A stretch of DNA of 64,000 bases from Candidatus Uhrbacteria bacterium. Lineage in GTDB: Bacteria > Patescibacteriota > Patescibacteriia > UBA9934. Each line of letters begins with the position of its first letter. The first letter of the stretch is position 1. Position numbers and translations under genes: made by a program. The stretch spans positions 24,392-88,391 of the forward strand of contig CAIKHN010000003.1 of assembly GCA_903827265.1 (NCBI GenBank), in the 5' to 3' direction. Shown here one piece after another: positions 30,201 through 38,451 of the stretch. The notes below the pieces were generated by a model. The model was not told where the DNA came from. It searched no databases and worked only from the letters and a program-made list of their open reading frames with translations.

Positions 30201-33166
30201 GTAAATGCCACTTGTAGTCCAAGTAAGTCGCGATCTTTCTCCCAGGTCAGTTTTCTGAGGGATTGCAGCGGCGCAAACAAGAGATGGTAGTCGATTTTGG
30301 ATTCACTTTTAATCTTTTGTGCAATCGCAAGACAACTACTTAGAAGAGCTGCAGATGCCTCAGATGCCCACATTTCCGGGGCAGCGTCTATCCAGCTTTT
30401 GACTTCTTCACCTTCATCTAGGAGCCCGTATAACAAGCCTGACAGGAATAGATCATGGAAAAATTTAGTCCACTTTTCTCTATCCAAATTCTGATACTCC
30501 TGAACTTTTATTGGAAGAGTTTCATACGCGGGGAGCGCTGGAAGTTTAACAGAAGGGTCTCCTTTTAACGCCCTGTAAACTTCATAGAGCGGAACAATAT
30601 GTCCAATCAGATTCTCTTTAAACTTTTCCGTTGCGTGAGTAACGTCGTATTTTGCGCATTTATCAAGGACGTCTCCAACCGTCTCGGGTGCAATTTTTTG
30701 TTGAAGAAGAAGTTTAACCTTCTCAACTTGATCGAGAGTTAAAAGCTGTGACGCATAAATAGCTAGTAAGTCTTGAGACCAACCCAAATCAGAAAATTGA
30801 GCTACGTATTTAGTTACCTTCTTCACCTCGTGTGTGCGGTCGTACGGAATCACCGTTACTAGAGCCTCGGTAATTTTTGGAATCTGGCCATTTTCTTTGT
30901 TCCGGTACTCCTGACGACCGTGCCTGCCCTGCAAGATCTCTATTACTTCCGGGATAATTACATCGCCAGACTTGTTGGCCATGTCAGCCGCGACAACAAG
31001 TGAAGTTGCGTCAAGATCCTTGAGCTTAAGTTCCTCGAGCATTCCTGGGTTCAGCCTTATCGCTTCAGCAAAAATACTTTTAGCCCCTTCTTCGGAAGAA
31101 TCCTTCGAGTTTGAGTAGTATTGTCGAAGATGGGAAAGCTGAAGAGCTTTGCCGAAATCCCGTTTTTTAAAAGCAGCCTCAGTTCCAAGTCGCAGGAGTT
31201 CTATGATCTGATAACTATTTCGAGGAAATGTAATTGCCTCAACAAGCCACTGTTTATCTAGCTTTAAAATGAGCTCAGGATTCCCGGTTTCGAATTCAAT
31301 TTTTGCTAGCTCCGCCCAGCGTAAAGAGTCGTAAGGGCACCCTACCAACCAGTCTTTAATTTGTTTCTTGAGAACTGCTTTACGCTCATCAAAATCAGGC
31401 TGTTGAAGAAGAAACACTTCAAAACTGTTGTGATAAATCGAGATTCGACCCTGTATATCAATCTTCGTGAGATGTTGTACATCTCTAAAGGCTTCAGCTA
31501 TATCCGAAGGGCTTGTCTCGAAGGAAGAAATGCAACCGATCAACTGTTCTTTTGTGAACGCAAAATTAACGCTCGCGATAGTGCAGAGAATGGTCTTCGC
31601 CTTATCGGAAAGATGCCACCATAAGGTCGTGTAGTAGCTCGCTATGTTGCCGCCGTATGGCAGGAGATCTTTGATGGTGTATTCGGTTATCAATGTATTA
31701 CCGTATCGCGACTTAATTTCGTTAAGAACGTAGCGAAGGTGAAGCGGATTGCCTTGGGTGAGGCTGAAGATTTTACTAACTACCTCTTTCAAAGCGCTTT
31801 CTTCCGACGGAAGATTAATGTTCACCGAGTTTTTTCTAATGATTCTATTTGCAGCATCATGGCTCAGTCCAGTGATCTTGATCCATTCTGCAACTGGGCA
31901 CTTTTGCAAGATTATTAGTGGTAGGTGTTCAGAGATCTGTTCTTGTGTACCCAAAATAATCCATAGGCCTCTTTGGGGGAAGCAGACGCTTTGCAGGAAC
32001 TTTTTCAGTTCCTCAATGTCGGCGTGTCTAACTACATGATCAAGGCCATCAACAATTAAAATAAAAGCTTTATTTTTTTGATTTGCAAAAGAAGCCGCAG
32101 CATTAATAAATTCTACTGGCGGAATTGATTGAGAATTTTTATGGGCAAGATCTCCCAAGGCATCCGGATATTCCTTGAATTGTGCCTTAATGGCTTCAAT
32201 AACCCTCTCCGCATTTAATCTTTCTTGTGAGTTAGTTTCCTCAGGCGAAAGATGGTAATGATGCCTTACGGACATTACTTCTTTATCCTCAAGAGTTGAG
32301 TATAATTTTGAAAGGTAGACACTTTTGCCCGTCCCTGGATTTCCAGTAAATACCTTGATCCCACCTTCAACTTTTTCTAAATCCTGAAGGATATTTTCAT
32401 GCACTGTCTCGTCAAAGAATTCAAAATCATTAGGGACAAAAAAGTCCTCTTCTAAACTTCTGGGAGCATCAAACTCGCACCAATCACGTAACTGGCCAAG
32501 GCTAATCGGTTGCGTCGGACTTTTTCTACTCTCTTTTTTTATCTGATTAAGGAGATTGACGACACCATTCTCTGTTGCGTTTAGATCCTTGTAGAAACGT
32601 TCAAAAATTTCCCTTTCGAATTCATCCAGGACTTTTTGTCCAAAATTAAAACTAAACTGTTCAAAGAAACTAGCCGCAACATCTTCTTCACCGATAGCTG
32701 CAATAATCTTTGCAAACAGATCGCTATCCGATGCTTTTATTGCACCGAGGTTGATCTTTTTATCGTCGCCTAAGAAACGGACTATATCAGCCTCAGCTCC
32801 GCTATCCGTGACCAGGCCCGCATACTTTATTTTGCCTTTAAGATCCCCCTGCTCGATAGAGTCAGCCCATTTTTTGAGCCAGGATGGTTTTCTTTTTTTC
32901 CCTACGAGCAGATCATCCCAAGACCATAGATTTTGCGGATCTTGTCGGTGTTTGACTTGATAAAAGTGGTAAAAGTCATCCTTGTCACGCAATATTATGT
33001 CGTCTAAATAAAAACCATCTGTACCGGATTCCTCGGGCGCAGCTTCAAATCGGATCGACCTAAAAGAATCGGGGTCGACTAGCCAATCGCGGCACAGTTT
33101 CAACCCCCAAAGATCCTGATAATCAAATCCGCTTCTAATCGAACTTGTAGTATTTCTTCGGGTCAT
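27254..33166 (-). CDS. Giant STAND/NACHT-type P-loop NTPase with N-terminal PD-(D/E)xK-like nuclease domain and about 1400-aa C-terminal helical repeat region (Avs-like antiviral candidate)
   Basis: 1970-aa uninterrupted ORF. The N-terminus is SGFDYQDLWGLKL...IRFEAAP...GFYLDDIIL...HFYQVKH (a D...QxK restriction-endonuclease-fold pattern). Walker A is GNPGTGKS; Walker B is AFILIVDGLDH, followed by GTQ. The rest is a long alpha-helical sensor-like region. GC is about 40% against about 50% in the flanks. Confidence 0.7.
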   Translation of the reverse strand: MTRRNTTSSIRSGFDYQDLWGLKLCRDWLVDPDSFRSIRFEAAPEESGTDGFYLDDIILRDKDDFYHFYQVKHRQDPQNLWSWDDLLVGKKRKPSWLKKWADSIEQGDLKGKIKYAGLVTDSGAEADIVRFLGDDKKINLGAIKASDSDLFAKIIAAIGEEDVAASFFEQFSFNFGQKVLDEFEREIFERFYKDLNATENGVVNLLNQIKKESRKSPTQPISLGQLRDWCEFDAPRSLEEDFFVPNDFEFFDETVHENILQDLEKVEGGIKVFTGNPGTGKSVYLSKLYSTLEDKEVMSVRHHYHLSPEETNSQERLNAERVIEAIKAQFKEYPDALGDLAHKNSQSIPPVEFINAAASFANQKNKAFILIVDGLDHVVRHADIEELKKFLQSVCFPQRGLWIILGTQEQISEHLPLIILQKCPVAEWIKITGLSHDAANRIIRKNSVNINLPSEESALKEVVSKIFSLTQGNPLHLRYVLNEIKSRYGNTLITEYTIKDLLPYGGNIASYYTTLWWHLSDKAKTILCTIASVNFAFTKEQLIGCISSFETSPSDIAEAFRDVQHLTKIDIQGRISIYHNSFEVFLLQQPDFDERKAVLKKQIKDWLVGCPYDSLRWAELAKIEFETGNPELILKLDKQWLVEAITFPRNSYQIIELLRLGTEAAFKKRDFGKALQLSHLRQYYSNSKDSSEEGAKSIFAEAIRLNPGMLEELKLKDLDATSLVVAADMANKSGDVIIPEVIEILQGRHGRQEYRNKENGQIPKITEALVTVIPYDRTHEVKKVTKYVAQFSDLGWSQDLLAIYASQLLTLDQVEKVKLLLQQKIAPETVGDVLDKCAKYDVTHATEKFKENLIGHIVPLYEVYRALKGDPSVKLPALPAYETLPIKVQEYQNLDREKWTKFFHDLFLSGLLYGLLDEGEEVKSWIDAAPEMWASEASAALLSSCLAIAQKIKSESKIDYHLLFAPLQSLRKLTWEKDRDLLGLQVAFTASTSLNLSDLLILKKALGSSYQFTPGDVSSILSTPFFNAANLLELSIKQGEPVFVDDAHIQFIETQVKNLKGSVGYFSERTTSFADLAALCRIQRDTERAKELLLDSAKNLLGYGYHKDMYLDGVLDAISACGSAGVEAVKMHHWLASIAPIVENVTEYTDGDETNHLSLNLAQIFGKSDRSALYKDYYVNADSGNLFHAEDIFEVIVQSLPYDSDVSTALATTALDEDSYKSLGILAQKQEGAAKALSIITDYFGEITYPEKDASTPYIRPASTEDFSSVSPDLLVQNLRERTFGSPWERETYLHGWLIHWLENDDKEKIYRSFMAAVPETELNHLGGELLDVLYPLAYEFENGRAFELLCRAQANDNGWQLYWTDKNKAEARWVFLQDKYPTRYLEFFERSIAVGNRWDSGLRYFVPIARAVDFFVLFGDLVNAVAITEAGITFAESLMAETKLAKPIWGDAKYAEKEPDEFDLLIQRLTWPSPLVRERTATAIAQLFVFSSKREELYKNFLTNLKQICLESIVAIHLLPLIRAFSLSKGDELSYIKFSDIVLSLSVNSVVIQELLVELSFLLGEDFDDEALPAFGAVSAVPSAFLADNFFNRHIRSFLAPIYHERAKEIDKKTGGRFLQQWAYTSSILIQENGISLNADAGYFQGRERGASIPGMSTSLSEAYRSAFLRVVHQYYLDGKIAEDFYLEYSYATLPVDLGIWQKLVGRIPDWWPRLAEGQMAETDLTKIDLQIPIESILTNNQDKPFLAFEGAVMPALAEKLDPSHSISLIGFAYEVVGSNMPTAEAVSELILDRSSLALIPIHTPYPLSFLDNPAACLYPIGLDPTRIEDLMVYPLVARTRDLTINLWQYFRDYQLQLLPAPGIRRDSIGEIQDFQYVYSDENGEKITHGDWIEGLKERSNFDMPLPYGQWLRIDKAFLEECLAQNGLRMGYLVKSTYRYQEHGYGEVKKIEQYRLLNVSPILLPPRTP

Positions 33167-33232
33167 TCATTGCTGTTAATGCAGATGTAGATTATCTCGT
33201 TTTAATGTCTTTGTCTTCTTGATTGTGATTAA

Positions 33233-33787
33233 TTAGAAAGATAGCTCCGTTTGCTTTCCATTCAAGCCTTGCGGGTGATAGACGAATTCCTCGTAGTCAG
33301 TGCTCGAATTCAAGCTATACAAGGCCATAAAATTCGCGTCGTAAGCCCCGTCCAATTTCTTTGAGTACAGGTCTTTCTGTGCCTCGGCAAAGAGCACGGC
33401 AGATTCCTCCGTCTTGAACACTGCTATCTTGGCAAACGTGTTGTTTCCGAATTCGGTGTGCAACTGCTTTCCTAGCGCCGTCATGGACTCATTGTTTAGA
33501 TACTGCTCCTGCACGACGATGGATTTCCAAATATAACCATTCTCCGAGTTGTCCCAGACGACCTCGTAAGGAATTTTTACCTGTGCCACTTCGTGTTTTT
33601 CTTCTGAACTCTCTATCATTCCAACCATGGCTATTGGCAAGAAAAACATAACCATCAAAACAGTGAGAATTGGATGTCTCCAAAACCATGATCCCAATTT
33701 CGCCCGGCAGTAGGGACAGCGTCTCGCCTTTGTATCAACCTCTTTACGGCACGATGAACAGGTCTTCACCTTTGGTGCGTCACTCAT
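33233..33787 (-). CDS. Zinc-ribbon membrane protein (first gene of the island operon)
   Basis: Preferred start is MSDAPKV at 33787; the ORF track extends to 33844. CSSCRKEV...CPYCRAKL zinc ribbon, then TM ILTVLMVMFFLPIAMVGMI, then a 130-aa extracytoplasmic domain. It lies 66 bp upstream of the NTPase on the same strand. Confidence 0.5.
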   Translation of the reverse strand: MSDAPKVKTCSSCRKEVDTKARRCPYCRAKLGSWFWRHPILTVLMVMFFLPIAMVGMIESSEEKHEVAQVKIPYEVVWDNSENGYIWKSIVVQEQYLNNESMTALGKQLHTEFGNNTFAKIAVFKTEESAVLFAEAQKDLYSKKLDGAYDANFMALYSLNSSTDYEEFVYHPQGLNGKQTELSF

Positions 33788-34099
33788 ATTGGCTCGATAA
33801 ATATTTATTAAGATTGAAAGGCGCGCAAAAACAAAAAGCGACACCCGGTGGTGTCTCTACCCAACCCATGCACGGATAGTGCACAGACTGTTTTAACCGG
33901 ATGCCGCTTTATGGGCGCTATCCGGAAATAGGCAAAAAAATGCCCTGTACGGGTTGAGTAGAGACTTCCGAAGTGTATAACAATGATCAAGGTTATTCAA
34001 CATCACGCAACATTTACCAACAGTGGTGTCAAAATTTGCGTGAGTTTACAAAAGAGGAGAAAATTACCGTAATCTAAATAAGAATGCGAATAAGAATCT

Positions 34100-34801
34100 A
34101 TGAGGAATGATGGTGTACGTGACCTGCATCTTGCGGTCGCATGGTCGTGTCGACGATTGGAAAAATTACTTGCGCTTGACCCTAAGTGCAGTGAGGTGAC
34201 TTATTGGTTCGCTCCCGACACGTCGGATGAAAAAGCTCCGCCACTCGGGGATCAAGTATTAGCCTTGAGCTATCTGGAAAACCAACAGGCGCTCGAGATC
34301 GGGCAAGCTGTCTATCGAAATGAGCTCTATAATCGCGTCGGTGCTCCAGAAATGTTCGGCGCGAAATCTGATGGCTATCGCGTGGAAATAGTTTCTAAGA
34401 GCTTCGAGAGAATCTGCAAAGAGTTACGTCCACTCATAGATAAGCTTGGTGTCTACCTTGTTCGCGCTGACCATGATTTTAATGACTTGAAACAGCCGAT
34501 TCTTGTTTTTGAGAATAAAGGCGCGGATTTTTACGTAGAGTTCAGCGGCGAACGAGTATCCATCAAACAACACTCTCGACAATTTGGCCTATTGGCGGCA
34601 TTAAAAGAACAGCGAGGACGTCATCTACCGGAAAAGGAATGTATTGAGGCGGCAAATCATTACGTGACCAAAGGGAAAACATTTATTACGGGCAAAGATA
34701 TTTACTTCACTCTTCGTGACATTAAGAAAAAGTTAAAAGTTGGAAAAAGTTGCGTTTTTCCAATCGAGCTAGAGAATAATCAGTATATTTGGCGCAAGTA
34801 A
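34100..34801 (+). CDS. Hypothetical protein (island cargo)
   Basis: 233 aa, divergently transcribed from the NTPase operon. No recognisable motif. Confidence 0.4.
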   Translation: MRNDGVRDLHLAVAWSCRRLEKLLALDPKCSEVTYWFAPDTSDEKAPPLGDQVLALSYLENQQALEIGQAVYRNELYNRVGAPEMFGAKSDGYRVEIVSKSFERICKELRPLIDKLGVYLVRADHDFNDLKQPILVFENKGADFYVEFSGERVSIKQHSRQFGLLAALKEQRGRHLPEKECIEAANHYVTKGKTFITGKDIYFTLRDIKKKLKVGKSCVFPIELENNQYIWRK

Positions 34802-34859
34802 ATAAAAACTCAACTCTCTCAACAAAACCTTCCACAATCGTAAATAGAGCCAACATGAA

Positions 34860-35132
34860 ATGCTCTCGGTGCAAAACATCGTGAGCATTTTTATGTCTGA
34901 TACATATACGACCACCAACTTCTATCTCGCCGCATTCCTCTGTGCATCAGGGGTTGTTTTTGTGTCGGGAGAGCGGTTGGCGGATACACGCCAGACAGCT
35001 TTTCACTTCGAAGAATCAATGAAACGCAAAGAGCTTTCAAGTGCGTTTCTTGTTGGTGAAGAAGTGGAAGTGAATGTTCATGCGTTTATTGCGCAGCTCA
35101 AACGTTTGAAATCAATCATTCACGACGGATAG
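34860..35132 (+). CDS. Small hypothetical protein (island cargo)
   Basis: 90 aa. An alternative start is MSDTYTT at 34893. Confidence 0.3.
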   Translation: MLSVQNIVSIFMSDTYTTTNFYLAAFLCASGVVFVSGERLADTRQTAFHFEESMKRKELSSAFLVGEEVEVNVHAFIAQLKRLKSIIHDG

Positions 35133-35440
35133 CTCGAATAATACTGGCCGATCAGGGTGCGCGAACCACTGTGCCCCGGCTGGATGCGACTTAAATCAGT
35201 GGATACATGAACCCGCGCCGATCCCCGCGTTATCCCGGGATGCGTCATAGGCAGTAAGGGCATGAACGTCACGAAGCGCTGATATGCCAAGGCGCACGTG
35301 CGTAAACGAAGTTAGCTCTACCGGGCGCTTCGATAGCAGGCATTGCAGGACGTCGGAGAGAAATCCGATCAACGTCCGAAGTATTCGCGTGATACCGCTT
35401 TATTCCCCATTTTGCGTCTCGGCAGTAAGGCAGAAAGAAT

Positions 35441-35830
35441 ATGAAAGACAATCGATTCCAAAAGATCATCTCGGACTACTTAGGACAATTGATCGGTACG
35501 AACGAAGAGGAAGCTTGGAACGTTCGTATGAACGGAAAACGGGCGCAAGTCACCATCCGTGGGCCTACGGGAATCTTGAAGAAAACCATCTCTCATCCCG
35601 GCTCACTTCTAAAGAAAAACTTTCACGATGAGCTAAAAAAGATAGGGAATGTTCAAAAAAAGGCCAATGTCATTTCATACCCGTTAATACAGCGGATTAA
35701 AGCGTTTCGGTTGGTAAAGCTGACCAGAAAACGCGGGAAAAGACAGTCATTAAAGTACGCAATAAAAAAACAGAGTGAGGAGACGGAAAGTAACAGGACA
35801 CGTGCACGTTTTCGAAATCAAAAGATTTAA
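35441..35830 (+). CDS. Small basic hypothetical protein (island cargo)
   Basis: 129 aa, Lys/Arg-rich C-terminus. Confidence 0.3.
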   Translation: MKDNRFQKIISDYLGQLIGTNEEEAWNVRMNGKRAQVTIRGPTGILKKTISHPGSLLKKNFHDELKKIGNVQKKANVISYPLIQRIKAFRLVKLTRKRGKRQSLKYAIKKQSEETESNRTRARFRNQKI

Positions 35831-35849
35831 AATCATAACAAGTAAAAAT

Positions 35850-36245
35850 ATGCATTCAGAACATCGAGAGCCCACAAAAGAAGAGGTGAGTGTAATAGAA
35901 AAGATCGACCTCGATTTGTGCGGAAGGGCTTTGGCAGGCGCTCTTTGGTTTCATGCCTACGATCAAGAGACATTGGTGCTGGATAAGGATGGTCTGGAAT
36001 GGTTGGTGTGGGAGCTTCTTGATGAACTCAGTCTTTCCGGCTTCATGTACCAAACAGTTTCTACCTTTGCAGAAAATAGCAAAATAAAACCTGTGGAATG
36101 TGCTGAGTGCAAAAAAGAAAATGGAGATGAAGAAGACGGAGATGGAATCAACTCACCATGCCCTAGCTGCGAACAGCCTCTGACCGCAGAGGCGGAATTA
36201 CCGCCTCTACCGCCACCGGGTTGTTCTGAGAAATCTGATTTTTAA
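35850..36245 (+). CDS. Small zinc-ribbon protein, paralog 1 (AYDQE-LxLDxxGL family)
   Basis: MHSEHREP start. WFHAYDQETLVLDKDGLEWLV core. C-terminal CAECKK...CPSCEQ. Confidence 0.45.
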   Translation: MHSEHREPTKEEVSVIEKIDLDLCGRALAGALWFHAYDQETLVLDKDGLEWLVWELLDELSLSGFMYQTVSTFAENSKIKPVECAECKKENGDEEDGDGINSPCPSCEQPLTAEAELPPLPPPGCSEKSDF

Positions 36246-36249
36246 ACCT

Positions 36250-36621
36250 ATGCACATCACGGATCCGAAAGGCTCGGAAGAATGCTCGGCCTGTTACGGA
36301 ACGGGGATCATTCCTAAATCGTCCGCAACCTCTGACCACTCGACCGAACCAATTTCGCACATCTCAGATTACATGCAGGAAATGCGCTCGATCTTCCTAA
36401 ACACAAAGAATAGGACGGTTTTTCAGCGAGTAGATTTAGCCGAAGATCTTTGGATCATTGCCTATGACCAAGAAGATTTAATTCTAGATGACGAAGGGCT
36501 CAAGGATCTCTTAAACATTTTCCTGTTCGGCTCTCATTATTACGATTCAATTCGTGACGCAATTAGTAAGTATATCGATAAATACGTTATGAACCGCGAT
36601 GCAGAAGAAGTGAACGAGTAA
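36250..36621 (+). CDS. Small zinc-ribbon protein, paralog 2 (AYDQE-LxLDxxGL family)
   Basis: N-terminal CSACYGTG. WIIAYDQEDLILDDEGLKDLL core homologous to the preceding gene. Confidence 0.45.
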   Translation: MHITDPKGSEECSACYGTGIIPKSSATSDHSTEPISHISDYMQEMRSIFLNTKNRTVFQRVDLAEDLWIIAYDQEDLILDDEGLKDLLNIFLFGSHYYDSIRDAISKYIDKYVMNRDAEEVNE

Positions 36622-36778
36622 ACAAAAGTTGCCTGTGCATCTCCCTAACGAAATCAAGACAGAAATCCGATTGCTGTTCTCCCGCCCCGGAGAGCAGCTT
36701 TCGGATTCTGACGTTGAGGAGATTGCACAGAACCTTTTGTCATTCGCCCTTCATCTATCACCTGCAAAGGGATAGAAT

Positions 36779-38416
36779 ATGACCATGAAGTATTTCATCT
36801 ATTGTCGCCGATCAAGTGACCGGGAAGACAAACAAACGCTCTCCATCGATGCTCAAATTCGTGAGCTAAAGGTGCTCGCAGAAAAAGATCATCTAGAAAT
36901 CGTTGACACCATCGTGGAATCACAATCCGCCTACAAAACAGGGCGGCCATTTTTCAATTCAATGCTTGAGCGCATCGAGCTTGGACAAGCAGACGGGATC
37001 ATCGTATGGCAACCAAATCGTCTTGCCCGTAATTCCTTAGATGGAGGGCGGCTGATCTACATGATGGATCAAGGGTCATTGAAAGAGATCCGCACCATGT
37101 CCAAGCTCTTCACGCGATCCGGTAACGACAAGTTCTTTTTGCAAATCGAATTTGGCATGGCAAAGAAGTCATCCGATGACACTTCGGATTACATGAAGCG
37201 TGATGCTCAATCCAAACTTCTCAAAGGCGAATGGACGGGTATGGCTCCCGTTGGTTATTTGAACGTTGATGCGCAAGGAAAGATTGCGGGCAACTTTTAT
37301 GATCACGACAAGCAGACACAACTATTAAAGCTTGGCAGGCCATTGCGCCGAATTGAAAAAGACCCGGTGCTAGCGCCCCTTATACGTCAGTTTTTTGATT
37401 ACTATCTTGCAGAGTACCGAACCTTGAAAGAGGCGGCGGCTTTCATGAATTCTCTCGGGGTTAAAAGTATCCGCCGTCATGGTCGCTATTCCATCAGCAT
37501 GGTGGAGAGAATTTTAAAGAATCCTTTTTACACCGGGCAGCTTCGGTATGAGGGGGAGCTTTTTGCTGGTGTACATGACCCCATCATTAGCACGAAGGAA
37601 TTTGAATTGATTTCGCAACGGTTTAACGGACACTCTCACCCAAAAGTAGTGAGTTACGATTTTGTGTATCGAGGGCTCGTGCGATGCGCTGAATGCGGTT
37701 GTTCCGTGGTGGGAGTCCACAAGGTAAAGCCTTCCGGTAAGGAGTACGAATACTACACGTGTAGTAAGCGCAAAGGTGAATGCGGCCAGAGACCATCAAA
37801 ACCTGCAGACATCGATATTCAGGTCGAAGAGCGTCTTCGTGCCATTCAAATAGATGAACGCGTGTGGGAGCTGTGCAAGAAGCTCTTACACCTTCATTAC
37901 GCGGAGCAAGTGGATAGCCAAGTCCTCATTCGTGAAAAGTGGCAAAAGGATCTCGGCAATGTCGATAAACGTACAAATGCCTTGTTGGAACTCTATATCT
38001 CGGGTTTGCTCGATAAAGAGGACTACACTAAGAAGAAAAACGAGTTGTTGTCTGAAAAGATGGCTCTGACAGAGAAGCTTAGTGACAGCGGGCAAGCGAC
38101 GACCAATTGGCTGCAGCAGACCGAAGACTTCTTTGGGTTGGCTCATGCCGCGTATGAGATATTTAAGAGCCCTCAGACGACGTTGGCACGCAAGAAACAG
38201 ATTGTGCAGGACATCGGTTGGAACTTAGAGATTTCCGAGGGAAAGCTTAATTGGCAATACAAAAAGCCGTTTGATTTTCTTGTAGAGCGACAACCAGCGA
38301 AAGTTTCGGTTGGAACTCGTAAATATGGCTTAGCTAAAAAGAAAAACACCTCTCTCGAAAGAGAAGTGGTTTTCTGGCGGGACGGACGGGACTCGAACCC
38401 GCAACCTCTGCCGTGA
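36779..38416 (+). CDS. Large serine recombinase (integrase)
   Basis: 545 aa. Resolvase catalytic domain YCRRSSDREDKQTLSIDAQ, then VWQPNRLARN, then a recombinase domain, then zinc ribbon CAECGCSV...YYTCSKRKGECGQ, then coiled coil. The 3' end runs 42 nt into tRNA-Asp. Confidence 0.8.
   Translation: MTMKYFIYCRRSSDREDKQTLSIDAQIRELKVLAEKDHLEIVDTIVESQSAYKTGRPFFNSMLERIELGQADGIIVWQPNRLARNSLDGGRLIYMMDQGSLKEIRTMSKLFTRSGNDKFFLQIEFGMAKKSSDDTSDYMKRDAQSKLLKGEWTGMAPVGYLNVDAQGKIAGNFYDHDKQTQLLKLGRPLRRIEKDPVLAPLIRQFFDYYLAEYRTLKEAAAFMNSLGVKSIRRHGRYSISMVERILKNPFYTGQLRYEGELFAGVHDPIISTKEFELISQRFNGHSHPKVVSYDFVYRGLVRCAECGCSVVGVHKVKPSGKEYEYYTCSKRKGECGQRPSKPADIDIQVEERLRAIQIDERVWELCKKLLHLHYAEQVDSQVLIREKWQKDLGNVDKRTNALLELYISGLLDKEDYTKKKNELLSEKMALTEKLSDSGQATTNWLQQTEDFFGLAHAAYEIFKSPQTTLARKKQIVQDIGWNLEISEGKLNWQYKKPFDFLVERQPAKVSVGTRKYGLAKKKNTSLEREVVFWRDGRDSNPQPLP
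38370..38384 (+). repeat. Proximal att direct repeat overlapping the tRNA-Asp 3' end
   Basis: ttttctggcgggacg is identical to 26601-26615. It covers the 3' terminal 10 nt of the tRNA (including CCA) plus 5 nt of flank. Confidence 0.6.
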
Positions 38417-38451
38417 CAGGGCAGCGCTCTAACCAGTTGAGCTACCGACCC
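38375..38451 (-). tRNA. tRNA-Asp (anticodon GTC)
   Basis: Reverse complement GGGTCGGTAGCTCAACTGGTTAGAGCGCTGCCCTGTCACGGCAGAGGTTGCGGGTTCGAGTCCCGTCCGTCCCGCCA. It has a cloverleaf, a CTGTCAC anticodon loop and an encoded CCA. It is close to E. coli tRNA-Asp. Confidence 0.85.

Noticed and set aside
27254-33166. Possibility that the 1970-aa ORF is two fused genes (nuclease plus NTPase)
   Set aside because: No in-frame stop or internal RBS is evident. Single-chain nuclease-STAND fusions are a known architecture.
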